Assembly: GCA_963663405.2 (NCBI GenBank) | Contig: CAXXSM010000022.1 | Location: 64,001-128,000, forward strand | Reading direction: 5' to 3' | DNA: 64,000 bases | Source of the DNA: a bacterium | GTDB lineage: Bacteria > Hinthialibacterota > Hinthialibacteria > Hinthialibacterales > Hinthialibacteraceae | Shown here: positions 29,775 through 39,155 of the stretch, one piece after another | Layout of the letters: each line of letters opens with the position of its first letter | Position numbering within the stretch: the stretch's first letter is position 1 | Program-made: the position numbers and the translations under genes | Notes under the pieces: model-generated | Database searches by the model: none | Seen by the model: only the letters and a program-made list of their open reading frames with translations | Told to the model about the DNA's origin: nothing

Positions 29775-30275
29775 CTACGCTTCGCTCGCTTTTCGGGCGG
29801 CCTCCGGCATCGTTTTTTTTAGCGGCTCCACCAGGCGGCCGGCTTGGATCGCCTTATTCAACGTATTCCGCTTAAGGCCCAACTGATCGGCGATCTCCGC
29901 TCGAGAGAGCCCCTCGTTCAAGAACTCTTGCGCTTGCTGGAGGACGTCTTTTGTCAAGACATGCGCGCCTCGCGTTCGAGGCGTTTCAAAAAACGCCGCC
30001 GCTCCGCCTTTCCGGTATTTCTTGACCCACCGCTTCACGCTGATCGCGCTCACGCCAAACGCTCGGACAATCTCCATTTGCGTGCATTGCCCGTTCACGA
30101 CAAACTGACTGGTAATCAAACGGAAACTCTTTTGATCGGTTTCCGGATGCGTGTAAATAGGAAAGGCGCCATGAAAATAATAGACCGAACCGTCCTGCTT
30201 CCGGTACGAGAGTACATCGATGATGTAGCCTTCCTCGACATCGGCAAAGTGGGGTAAGAATCCTTGTGGCATCAA
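29775..30275 (-). CDS. IS OrfA, double-HTH protein
   Basis: QMEIVRAFGVSAISVKRWVKKYR, LSRAEIADQLGLKRNTL; A8 run at its 3' end. Confidence 0.8.
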   Translation of the reverse strand: MMPQGFLPHFADVEEGYIIDVLSYRKQDGSVYYFHGAFPIYTHPETDQKSFRLITSQFVVNGQCTQMEIVRAFGVSAISVKRWVKKYRKGGAAAFFETPRTRGAHVLTKDVLQQAQEFLNEGLSRAEIADQLGLKRNTLNKAIQAGRLVEPLKKTMPEAARKASEA

Positions 30276-30421
30276 CCGGGCTCCTTTTTGGATCGATCGT
30301 TTTTATCCCCAAAAAGGTATCTTGCCAAAATCATCAACTCTACGGAATCCCCCGGCCCAGCTCAGGAGGTCTGACGGTAGAGGCCCTGTGCCAAATTCCA
30401 TGATTCTACCTACAAAACCTG

Positions 30422-30459
30422 AAAGCCCAGGATTAAAATCCTCGGGCTTTGTTTTTTTC
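30422..30459 (+). terminator. Intrinsic terminator of the original vapBC operon
   Basis: AAAGCCC-AGGA..TCCT-C-GGGCTTT followed by a T-run, about 20 nt after the restored vapC stop. Confidence 0.6.
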
Positions 30460-30639
30460 TTCGGGACATTTGAATTGGTTTGAATCGGTGGCAAGGAAGA
30501 TTGATTCGGGGAGAGGCTTACTGTTCAACTTATACAGCATAGTTATTAATACTGAAAAGAAGATTGGGTTCATTATGCGCTATCGAAGGTGTTTGTGCGC
30601 GAAGTGTGGGAGATGTTATTCTACAGTGGAGAAGTGATC

Positions 30640-31569
30640 TCAGCGAGTTAGGGATAACCATATGATCGGACCATATTCATTCTTTAGTATTTTCATTATT
30701 TTTTTTCTATGATGTTGTTCTGTTTTAGATAACAGAACATCTAAATTCATTTTTTGTAATCGATCTATTTCATTTTGATCATTTTTTATTTTTATTGTGT
30801 CTATAATAGCATTTGTACAAAATGATTTATCTTTATTTTCATAAAACCAATAAAATTCAGAATAAAATTTAAGAAAATTTTTTACATCTTCTGGAAGTTT
30901 AACATATTCGGCAAGTCTATAATATTGTTTTGGATACCTAAGATGTGGAGGCGTATCGGCGGATGCAATAGCCTTATATGTCTCATCTAGTTTTTCAGGC
31001 TCTTCAAAAAATATATTACACCAAACCAGCGCCTTCCTTTGTAGATTATTTTCATCTTTTTTTAGTATCTCTTCTAAATAACCATTAAATGGTTTATATT
31101 TATATGGTTCTTTTTTATATTTGTCAGATTTAATTGCTTGCAGATTTGCTTGTAGCATATTATTCACTTTAAGATTTTGACAATATCTACGAATTGACCA
31201 AACCGTTTCATCAAGATTTTTTAAATCATATAAATTTGAGTAAGATGATATTGTTAGATAGCGATCACTACCACACAATTGTATGCGCTCAATAAAATCC
31301 TCAAGTTTTTCAGGTAAGTCAAATTCTAAATATTCAATATTTTTAACACGTTTTAATGATTTTTTTAAATTATGTCCTAAATCTTGTGTCTCTTCTTTAT
31401 TATAAAGTAGAATTGCTTTTAAATATTTTTCAATTGTCTGCAATGCTGACCAGCGAAATTGCCATATTAGTTCATGTCTATACAAAATCCTTGCTGTAAT
31501 GTAGTCTTTATCCGCATAATTGCGAAAACAATGAGTGGCAAATTGAAAAAGATCAATATCTGAAACCAT
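30640..31569 (-). CDS. HEPN-domain protein, AT-rich
   Basis: ADKDYITARIL...ALQTIEKYLKAILL...GHNL HEPN pattern; GGAGG RBS before ATG 31569. Confidence 0.72.
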   Translation of the reverse strand: MVSDIDLFQFATHCFRNYADKDYITARILYRHELIWQFRWSALQTIEKYLKAILLYNKEETQDLGHNLKKSLKRVKNIEYLEFDLPEKLEDFIERIQLCGSDRYLTISSYSNLYDLKNLDETVWSIRRYCQNLKVNNMLQANLQAIKSDKYKKEPYKYKPFNGYLEEILKKDENNLQRKALVWCNIFFEEPEKLDETYKAIASADTPPHLRYPKQYYRLAEYVKLPEDVKNFLKFYSEFYWFYENKDKSFCTNAIIDTIKIKNDQNEIDRLQKMNLDVLLSKTEQHHRKKIMKILKNEYGPIIWLSLTR

Positions 31570-31583
31570 TATTAATCCTCCTT

Positions 31584-31808
31584 CTAAAATAAGACTGTGC
31601 CTGTTGGATTGCAAAACCTAATATTATTGCCCATGACAACAATCCAGTAATTCCCAAGACCATGCCCACCACTCCATAGAATTATCTTAGCTTCCTGCAA
31701 TTGTACCCAAAACAACAACCGCATAGCCAAACAGAATAGGTATACTAATATGGACAGAATTCCCATTCCAAGGCTGAGTATTGCCATAGTTTTTACATTA
31801 TCACTCAT
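31584..31808 (-). CDS. Small membrane hypothetical protein, AT-rich
   Basis: Hydrophobic 74-aa ORF directly upstream of the HEPN gene. Confidence 0.4.
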   Translation of the reverse strand: MSDNVKTMAILSLGMGILSILVYLFCLAMRLLFWVQLQEAKIILWSGGHGLGNYWIVVMGNNIRFCNPTGTVLF

Positions 31809-32266
31809 TTCATTTATCCATGTTTTTTAGCAGTTCATTAAATAACAATATATTATATAAACTCGAAAGTCAATGAGATTTATTGATTTAATCGAATTAT
31901 TTCTAATTAGATCAGAATGGATAAATTTTCAGAATACATAGGATCAAGACATTGTGCTTTCGACTCTTTTTCTCCCTTTTGACTGTATATACAGCTGAAG
32001 TTTCTACATAGGAATCCCATTTATCTTATTCATCCTAGCTATCCTGATCGACTTTTAGGATTTCGAGTTGTATTTTCTTCTTGTTAGAAACCAGCCCAAC
32101 TTTTCAATTCTAGGCATCATTGTACGGTGATTGAACGAAGGATGTTTCAACCAGTAAACAAACTAAATTTCCCCCCATCCACCATACAACCAACGCCCCA
32201 TTTATGATAAATTGATCGGTTATTAAAGAAGTGAATTAAACTATTGCCAAGCGAAAACCGCATCGC

Positions 32267-32638
32267 CTATAAGGGGACCAACCCTAAGCTGATTTTAAGA
32301 GCATTGTCCACCCGCTTCATCGTCTCCGGTTTTAACGCCTTTAACCGTTTGATTAATCGTTGCTTATCAATCGAGCGAATTTGGTTGAGCAAAACCACTG
32401 AATCTTTCTCCAAACCACCTTCCCGCGCCGTGATAAACACCTCTGTAGGATAGAGCCGTTGGCCAAATTGGGAACTAATGGCCGCCACTATGGTAATTGG
32501 GCTGTGCTGATTGGCGATTTCATTTTGAATGATCAAAGCGGGCCGGGTTTTTTTAATTTCCGAACCAATTGTAGGGTCAAAGTTGACGAGATAGACTTCA
32601 CCACGGCGGGGATAAGTCAGGTGGGATTTTTCGGTCAT
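32267..32638 (-). CDS. mazF: MazF/PemK endoribonuclease toxin
   Basis: RRGEVYLVNFDPTIGSEIKKTRPALIIQN, QIRSIDKQRL. Confidence 0.95.
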   Translation of the reverse strand: MTEKSHLTYPRRGEVYLVNFDPTIGSEIKKTRPALIIQNEIANQHSPITIVAAISSQFGQRLYPTEVFITAREGGLEKDSVVLLNQIRSIDKQRLIKRLKALKPETMKRVDNALKISLGLVPL

Positions 32639-32877
32639 ATTTCTTCTTCAAGAGTAAACCAGTCTTCACTGAGCTGGCGATCGCGTTGAGCGTGCTCAAC
32701 CGCCCCTTCCCGCAGCAAACGGCGGAGATTCTCTTGCCCCATCTCGTCCACATAAAAGTGCACCGCTTGACTAATCAACCGGCTGCGGGCGCCTTTAGGA
32801 GCCAAGCGGTCGATCAGTTCCAACGTCTCTTGAGGTAAAGTAATATTGACGCGTTTGGTTACTGTTTTACTCATCAT
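32635..32877 (-). CDS. CopG/RHH antitoxin of MazF
   Basis: KRVNITLP..TL..ID...RSRLISQAV; ATGA overlap with the toxin. Confidence 0.85.
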   Translation of the reverse strand: MMSKTVTKRVNITLPQETLELIDRLAPKGARSRLISQAVHFYVDEMGQENLRRLLREGAVEHAQRDRQLSEDWFTLEEEI

Positions 32878-32883
32878 ATTTTT

Positions 32884-32912
32884 ATCATACACACCATCTG
32901 TGCGTATATCAA
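32884..32912 (-). promoter_or_regulatory. mazEF-like promoter with operator; predicted leaderless transcript
   Basis: TTGATA-17bp-TATGAT; palindrome ATACACAC/GTGCGTAT; expected +1 coincides with ATG 32877. Confidence 0.65.
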
Positions 32913-33162
32913 GTTATGATTTCTCTTCAATCAGTTTATACATTCCTATAATATGCCGCCCGTGTAATCCACACCGCTTGCAGATTTCATTCCCCGTATA
33001 TTCTAACAGTCAAATTTGACGCTTTTTCCCATTGCAGTATACTGAAACATGCATCCAAGCAGTGGAGTGATTTTTGATCGTACGCAATCAGGAAAGGAGA
33101 TTTGTCTCCATGATTGTCCGAGCCGCCGTTGAAAAAGATGATTCTATAAGTGAGATGGTTTA

Positions 33163-33831
33163 ATGGATTTTATTTTCATGCTGACTCGTGATGACAAGAC
33201 AGTTCCGGATTGTCTGGACGTTTTCGATTCGATTGAACCATTGGGATTAAAGCACTGTGGTTTCAAAGATGTGGGGGTGGATCTGGAGACGTTGTTCGAA
33301 TTGAACCGGCGGATCCAAGCGTCGGGCGCGGTCAGTTATCTCGAAGTGGTGAGTGAGACAGAGGAGGCCTGCCTGGCGTCAGCCCGCGCGGCGTTGGAGA
33401 TCGGCGTGAACCGCTTGATGGGGGGGACGGCGGTGGATGAGATTTTGACGATTCTCGATGGCGCGAATATCGAGTTTTTCCCGTTTCCCGGACGGCCGAT
33501 GGGACATCCTACCGAATTAGGGGGAACTCCGAAACAGATCGAAGAGGATTGCCGCCGATTTGAGGATCAAGGCTGTCATGGCGTTGATTTGCTGGCTTAT
33601 CGAGCGGTCGAAGCGAATCCATTGGAATTAATACGCTCCGCCCGGCGCGCGTTGAATGGATATTTAATTATTGCGGGTAATGTGGATTCACCCCAGCGGA
33701 TTCAAACATTGATCGATGAGGGTGTGGACGCTTTCACGATTGGCTCCGCCGCGTTTAACGGCTCATTCACATCCCATAATCCTGCGCTTCGTTCTCAACT
33801 GGAAGCGATTCTTTCCGCCTGCGGTTATTGA
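33163..33831 (+). CDS. Phosphate-binding TIM-barrel enzyme of unknown function
   Basis: MDFIFMLTRDD, GFKDVG, GVDLLAYR, IAGNVDS, AFTIGSA. Confidence 0.7.
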   Translation: MDFIFMLTRDDKTVPDCLDVFDSIEPLGLKHCGFKDVGVDLETLFELNRRIQASGAVSYLEVVSETEEACLASARAALEIGVNRLMGGTAVDEILTILDGANIEFFPFPGRPMGHPTELGGTPKQIEEDCRRFEDQGCHGVDLLAYRAVEANPLELIRSARRALNGYLIIAGNVDSPQRIQTLIDEGVDAFTIGSAAFNGSFTSHNPALRSQLEAILSACGY

Positions 33832-33924
33832 TACGAAACAAGAATCCCACACAACTGTCCTGTAAGCCTCTACTTCAGCCCTCATTTTCGGTATGATCGC
33901 AAGAAACTTTGAGCGAGTGTCAAC

Positions 33925-35292
33925 ATGAAAACTGAAGTTAATGTTTCTGATTCCTTTGTCCGCGAACCTCCTTCCAGTATTTTCTCTTCCCTGCGGTATT
34001 TGGGGCCGGGTTTGATCTTATCCGCCGCGATTGTGGGTTCAGGAGAATTGATCGCCACAACGACGTTGGGGGCCAAAGCGGGTTTCGCGCTCTTATGGGT
34101 AATCCTTTTCGGCTGCCTGGTGAAAGTGACCGTTCAAGTGGAATATGGACGGAACTGTATCTGTCATGGAAGGCCTACGTTTCAATCATGGAACGCGATG
34201 GGGGGATGGAAACCCTTCCAGATTCACTGGTCGATTTATATTGGTGTGTTGTACATGATCGCGACTTTTTTCGGTCAAGCGGGCTGCTTGGGCGGGGCGG
34301 CGCAGGCGGTTGTGTTTGCGTTTCCATCGACACCGATCGAATTGTGGATTGTGATTCTTGCGCTGGGGATCGCGTTGATTTTATTCAAAGGGAAATACGA
34401 ATCCGTGGAATTGATCGCAACGGGATTGAATTTTATTTTTGTAATATCCATTTTGTATTGCGTGATCGCGGTGCAGTGGACGCCGTATGGATTCTCGTTT
34501 GGTGATTTTGTGAGCGGTTTCACATTTCAGCTGCCGTCTGATTCTATGGTGCACGCGCTGGCGGCGTTCGGTATCACCGGCGTGGCGGCGGGAGAGATCA
34601 CAATCTATCCGTATTGGTGTCTGGAGAAGGGTTACGCGGCCTGGACCGGGCCGAACGACGGCTCTCCGGAATGGGCGCGGCGCGCGCGGGGATGGACTCG
34701 TGTCATGACAATCGACGCTCTTGTTTCCATGATTATCTATACTGTGGCGACGATCGCATTCTATTTGCTGGGCGCTACGGTCCTGAGAGCGCAGGGGAGT
34801 TACCCGGAAGGAAACGAACTGATCTTGAGTCTATCCCAAATGTTTACACAGGTTTTGGGGGAAGGATCGATGACCGTGTTTATGATCTGCGCGTTCACCG
34901 TGCTCTTTTCGACGATCTTTGCAAATACGGCCGGATTTTCGCGCTTATGGACGGATTTTTATGGAGTGGCGGGATGGGTTGACACGGAGAATGAACGGTC
35001 ACGCCTGCGATCGGTGGCGGTAATGTCATGGGTCTTTCCGATTGTGTGTGGAATCATCTACATCGCGTTTCAAAAACCATTTATTCTCATCATCTTCATG
35101 GGGATCGCGAATTCACTGTTTTTAATTGTTGTAGCCTATCAAGCGATCTTCTTCCGCTTCAAGGCTACGCCCCCTGAGCTGAGGCCTACCAAGTTGTACG
35201 ATACCGCTCTTGTGTTAAGCCTATTGACGATTGGTTTTATGGCTTGGCGGTCGTTTGAATCTGCGATCGAGAAATTGTTGAACGCCAGCTGA
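33925..35292 (+). CDS. NRAMP/YcsG-like (APC fold) transporter
   Basis: LGPGLILSAAIVGSGELIATT.LGA.AG; about 11 TM. Confidence 0.85.
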   Translation: MKTEVNVSDSFVREPPSSIFSSLRYLGPGLILSAAIVGSGELIATTTLGAKAGFALLWVILFGCLVKVTVQVEYGRNCICHGRPTFQSWNAMGGWKPFQIHWSIYIGVLYMIATFFGQAGCLGGAAQAVVFAFPSTPIELWIVILALGIALILFKGKYESVELIATGLNFIFVISILYCVIAVQWTPYGFSFGDFVSGFTFQLPSDSMVHALAAFGITGVAAGEITIYPYWCLEKGYAAWTGPNDGSPEWARRARGWTRVMTIDALVSMIIYTVATIAFYLLGATVLRAQGSYPEGNELILSLSQMFTQVLGEGSMTVFMICAFTVLFSTIFANTAGFSRLWTDFYGVAGWVDTENERSRLRSVAVMSWVFPIVCGIIYIAFQKPFILIIFMGIANSLFLIVVAYQAIFFRFKATPPELRPTKLYDTALVLSLLTIGFMAWRSFESAIEKLLNAS

Positions 35293-35309
35293 TAAATTAG
35301 GAGAGACAA

Positions 35310-36854
35310 ATGAATCGAATCCAACTATTCTTTCAATTTTTTGTTATAGCGCTAATCCTATGCAATCAATTATCAGCTTCCGTTACTGTGAATTTCAGTG
35401 AATATTGTCCTCTGCATGTTGGAGATCGATGGACATTGGAAGATGAATTCGGCCGTATCTACAATCATGAAGTGACGGGAACGGAAATAATAAATGGAGA
35501 ACTAACCTATACCTATACAAACTGGGAAGGAAATCCGGAATACGCCAATTTGGCCTATGATTCTTCATCCTTGACGATTGTGGGCCTGAATGGGATTGTT
35601 CTGGACCCTCCAAGAGTGTATAACGGTCAAGATATAGAAAATTCAAGTGTTCATATTATCTATGAGATGGAACGAACGGTCACAACACAGGCAGGGGTTT
35701 TTCAGAATGTAGTCAAGGAAACGTTTTATGCCCTTAATGATGGAGTGGAATCGCTGACACGAGTCCAATACTTTGCGAAAGATGTAGGGCTTATTAAGGA
35801 TGAGGAATGGTCTGAAGGACAAGGCGCTCTTGAATATACCGCGGAGTTAGTGTCGTACCAAATTGGGGAGGTCCGGGACTGGTTATTCATGTGGGGTATT
35901 AACTGGGATCTTGCATGCCAAGATACTGTTATTGCGCTCTATTTATATGATATGAATTCAGGAGAGTTCAGAATTATTAAAAATGACTGTAACGACCTGG
36001 ATTCGTTTGGTGGTTTGAACCTGGACGGCAGCAAAGCCGTGTTCGCCGAGACGATGGAAGGCACAGATCAAGGTTCGATTAAGGTTTATGACATTGCCTC
36101 AGATCGTATTATTACTGTTAGTACTTTCGAGAGTGTGGATGGAGATTTCGCCGCCTATTATGATACTAACGACAAAATCCTATTTCTCGGCGGTGATGGT
36201 GAAATAAAACGGATGGATGGAGATGGTCAAAACGTCATCACCTTACTAAAACCTGAAATTCCATTCCGGTTTCAAGTGTTTTGGCTGTCGCCGGATCGTA
36301 AGACCATAGCCGCTGTAGAAAGTTATGAAGGTAGTGGGGATTATGAAACAAACCATTATGAAAGATTGATCGTAATCAATCTGGATAACACTAACCGCCA
36401 AGTTCTTATGGAAAGTTTTTTGGGGGAATGGAACTTTCTGACATGGAAATCTGATTCAAGTGGATTCTTCTACTATTACCATACCTTCAATGGGGAACCG
36501 GAACCAAATCATGCCGCCTATCCACAATATTCACTAGTTGATCTTTCGAAGGATCCGATTGTTCAAAATGATCTATCCAACTCTGATCTCGGAAGCAAAG
36601 AAGAGAATCTATGTTTTTATACACCATCCGGCTATTTACTTGGAGTAGTAACAGAAGAGTTGTATGATCCTCAAAGCGGCGCATTGATTCGTACCTGTCC
36701 GGATGGCGTTACATCGGTTTATTCGGGTATCATGGGAATCGATTCTTCTGGAGAGATTTATTTTGCCGATTTCAATGGCGGACATTTTTATCAGTTTGAT
36801 GATATGGATTGCTCTGGGATCATCAATTGGGAATTGTTGTATTCATTTGATTGA
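35310..36854 (+). CDS. Secreted acidic protein, beta-propeller-like C-half, C-terminal I-x-N-W-x-L motif
   Basis: Sec signal peptide; TolB-like repeats (LSPDRKTIA, TWKSDSSG); ends SGIINWELLYSFD. Confidence 0.7.
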   Translation: MNRIQLFFQFFVIALILCNQLSASVTVNFSEYCPLHVGDRWTLEDEFGRIYNHEVTGTEIINGELTYTYTNWEGNPEYANLAYDSSSLTIVGLNGIVLDPPRVYNGQDIENSSVHIIYEMERTVTTQAGVFQNVVKETFYALNDGVESLTRVQYFAKDVGLIKDEEWSEGQGALEYTAELVSYQIGEVRDWLFMWGINWDLACQDTVIALYLYDMNSGEFRIIKNDCNDLDSFGGLNLDGSKAVFAETMEGTDQGSIKVYDIASDRIITVSTFESVDGDFAAYYDTNDKILFLGGDGEIKRMDGDGQNVITLLKPEIPFRFQVFWLSPDRKTIAAVESYEGSGDYETNHYERLIVINLDNTNRQVLMESFLGEWNFLTWKSDSSGFFYYYHTFNGEPEPNHAAYPQYSLVDLSKDPIVQNDLSNSDLGSKEENLCFYTPSGYLLGVVTEELYDPQSGALIRTCPDGVTSVYSGIMGIDSSGEIYFADFNGGHFYQFDDMDCSGIINWELLYSFD

Positions 36855-36906
36855 AACACGCTTGTAAACCAGACGATTCAGGAATCATCGGGAGAGTTTT
36901 CATTTC

Positions 36907-38004
36907 ATGAAGATTACCAGAGTAGAAACCTATTTACTCGATATCCCGTTGAAACAACGGGCGATCACGGATTCTCAAAGTTATGTGGATTCAGTGGAAT
37001 TCGTGCAAGTCCGGATCGAAACCGATGAGGGGATCACCGGGTGGGGATTTAATTGGAATTACACCAAAGGCACGCGGGCGGTCAAAATAATAATTGATGA
37101 CACATACGCCCCGTTTCTTCCAGGGAAAGATCCCCTGCGGCGGAAGGAGATCATCCAGGAGTTGTATTACAATAATCACTTCATTGGACGGGTGGGGATC
37201 GCGCGTGTGGGATTATGCGCGGTGGAGATGGCGCTGTGGGATATTCAACTCAAGCAGGCCGGTCTTCCATTATGGAAATATCTGGGGCCATGCAAGGAGC
37301 GGGTGAAAGCCTATAACACGGATGGCGGTTGGCTGACGTGGACGGTGGATGAATTGATCGCTGATATGACGCTGCTGGTAGAGCGTGGATTCGACGCGGT
37401 GAAAATGAAGATCGGGCGTTCCGATCCGCGGGAGGATTACGAGCGCGTGAAAGCGGTACGCAAGGCGCTGGGGGATGGGATTCAGCTGATGGTCGACGCC
37501 AATACGGTCTGGGATTTGAAAACGGCGAAGGTCTGGGGGCGGCGGTTGGAAGAATTCAATATCGCTTGGCTGGAAGAGCCCCTTCATCCATTCGATAAGC
37601 GAGGACACGCAGCGTTGGCGAAAGCGTTGAATGTTCCCATCGCGGTGGGTGAGACGATCTATACCAAATACGATTTTCTGGATTATATCGAACTGGGGGC
37701 CGTCGATATCGTACAAGCTGATATGACGAAATTGCTGGGGATCGAGGAATGGCTCGAAGTGGCGGCGCTGGCGCGTGCGTACAACCTGGAAGTAATTCCT
37801 CATACGAACGTGCAGCAAAAGATACATGTCCAACTCGCAGCCGTGTCATCCAACGTTCCAATGGTGGAATATTGCTATGAATCCCTGGCCGATATTTGGG
37901 AAGAGCCGCTTCAAGTGATCGATGGGTATTATACGCTTCCAGAGGCGCCTGGGCTTGGATGTAAATTAACGGATAGGATTTTGGATGAATGCCGGGTGGA
38001 ATAA
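36907..38004 (+). CDS. Mandelate racemase/muconate lactonizing enzyme family (enolase superfamily)
   Basis: AVEMALWD, KMKIG, MVDAN, WLEEP, AVGE. Confidence 0.93.
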   Translation: MKITRVETYLLDIPLKQRAITDSQSYVDSVEFVQVRIETDEGITGWGFNWNYTKGTRAVKIIIDDTYAPFLPGKDPLRRKEIIQELYYNNHFIGRVGIARVGLCAVEMALWDIQLKQAGLPLWKYLGPCKERVKAYNTDGGWLTWTVDELIADMTLLVERGFDAVKMKIGRSDPREDYERVKAVRKALGDGIQLMVDANTVWDLKTAKVWGRRLEEFNIAWLEEPLHPFDKRGHAALAKALNVPIAVGETIYTKYDFLDYIELGAVDIVQADMTKLLGIEEWLEVAALARAYNLEVIPHTNVQQKIHVQLAAVSSNVPMVEYCYESLADIWEEPLQVIDGYYTLPEAPGLGCKLTDRILDECRVE

Positions 38005-38137
38005 GCGTTTTCTTTCCAGTCTAGTATTAATCCCATCATTTTTTTCCATCCATTGAAAGATTTTTCCCGCATTCTCGTATTGATTGAGTATGGCCTTCTA
38101 TCAATCACAATCATTTCAACGATAGGGAGAATATGAA

Positions 38138-39025
38138 ATGAAAACATCCTACATACAAACGGCGATTACCCTTGTTCTCATTTTGTTATGTATTTGGAAT
38201 ACCGGGTGTGGTATCCCATCTGAGAAATTTTCGGAAACGAAGGAATTTACACAAGATGGAAACGGGATTGAAACGATCGACGCGAAGACGACAAACGGTC
38301 ACATCTCTTTAATCGCCTGCGCGACGGATCAGATTTACGTTCACGCCAGGAAAGATGTCTACGCTTTCACAATGGAGGAAGCGGAGGCGTTCGCGGAGAA
38401 GGTTGAAATCTTAGTCAAGAAAGACGGGGATACTCTCCGGATTTACAAGGAACAACCGAAAAACACGATCGGGATCAATGTGAACGTGCACTTTGATATA
38501 ACCTGCCCCCAAAACGTTCAGGTCAATCTCGGTTCGACCAACGGAAAAGTTGAATCGAAAGGTGTGGAAGGAGCCGTCACCGCGTCTTCTACAAATGGCG
38601 CGGTTGAGGTGGATGGAGGATCGAAACAGATCTCTCTAAAAACGACAAACGGCTCCGTGAATTTTAAAAACATCACCGGCGCGATAAAAGCCAGTTCGAC
38701 CAACGGCGCTGTGAAAGGAACAATCGAAACATTAACAGACACAGCCCAGCTTTCCACGACGAATGGATCGATCGATGTATCAGTGGAGGAAGGCGTCGCG
38801 CCGATCAAAGCGGGCACGACGAATGGCTCCCTCTCCATCACGCTGCCGGAAGATTATTCAGGCCATCTGGACGCGAAAACATCGAATGGAAGAATCCATT
38901 CTGATTTCGACGTTCAATTTGAGGGAAAAAAGAAGAATCGCGTGGATGGCCCGATCGGTGCAGGAGGAGAAACAGAATTAAGCCTTCATACGACAAATGG
39001 GAATATTAATATTAAGAAACAGTAA
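38138..39025 (+). CDS. DUF4097 beta-strand-repeat lipoprotein
   Basis: NTGC lipobox; many (T/S)TNG repeats. Confidence 0.88.
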   Translation: MKTSYIQTAITLVLILLCIWNTGCGIPSEKFSETKEFTQDGNGIETIDAKTTNGHISLIACATDQIYVHARKDVYAFTMEEAEAFAEKVEILVKKDGDTLRIYKEQPKNTIGINVNVHFDITCPQNVQVNLGSTNGKVESKGVEGAVTASSTNGAVEVDGGSKQISLKTTNGSVNFKNITGAIKASSTNGAVKGTIETLTDTAQLSTTNGSIDVSVEEGVAPIKAGTTNGSLSITLPEDYSGHLDAKTSNGRIHSDFDVQFEGKKKNRVDGPIGAGGETELSLHTTNGNINIKKQ

Positions 39026-39155
39026 TTCTCTCGTGGTTTGAAAAACATATAGGGTGGATCGCACTTTATCGACCCACCATTTATAATTAATTGATTCGGC
39101 GCCTCATAAAGACGCGACCCACCCCACGGGGAATCAGTTTTCGTTCCAATGATTG

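Larger units (their letters stand above)
28042..30374 (-). mobile_element. Complete two-ORF insertion sequence (2333 bp), family not assignable by eye
   Basis: IRs TCAGGCCTCCTGATCTGGG / TCAGACCTCCTGAGCTGGG (17/19); 3-bp duplication CGG (28039-28041, 30375-30377); removal restores the vapC frame. Confidence 0.9.

Noticed and set aside
27423-32912. Prophage or ICE
   Set aside because: No phage structural, integrase, relaxase or T4SS genes; only TA, IS and HEPN genes.
38138-39025. TNG repeats as a novel repeat system
   Set aside because: Explained by the known DUF4097 beta-strand repeat family.
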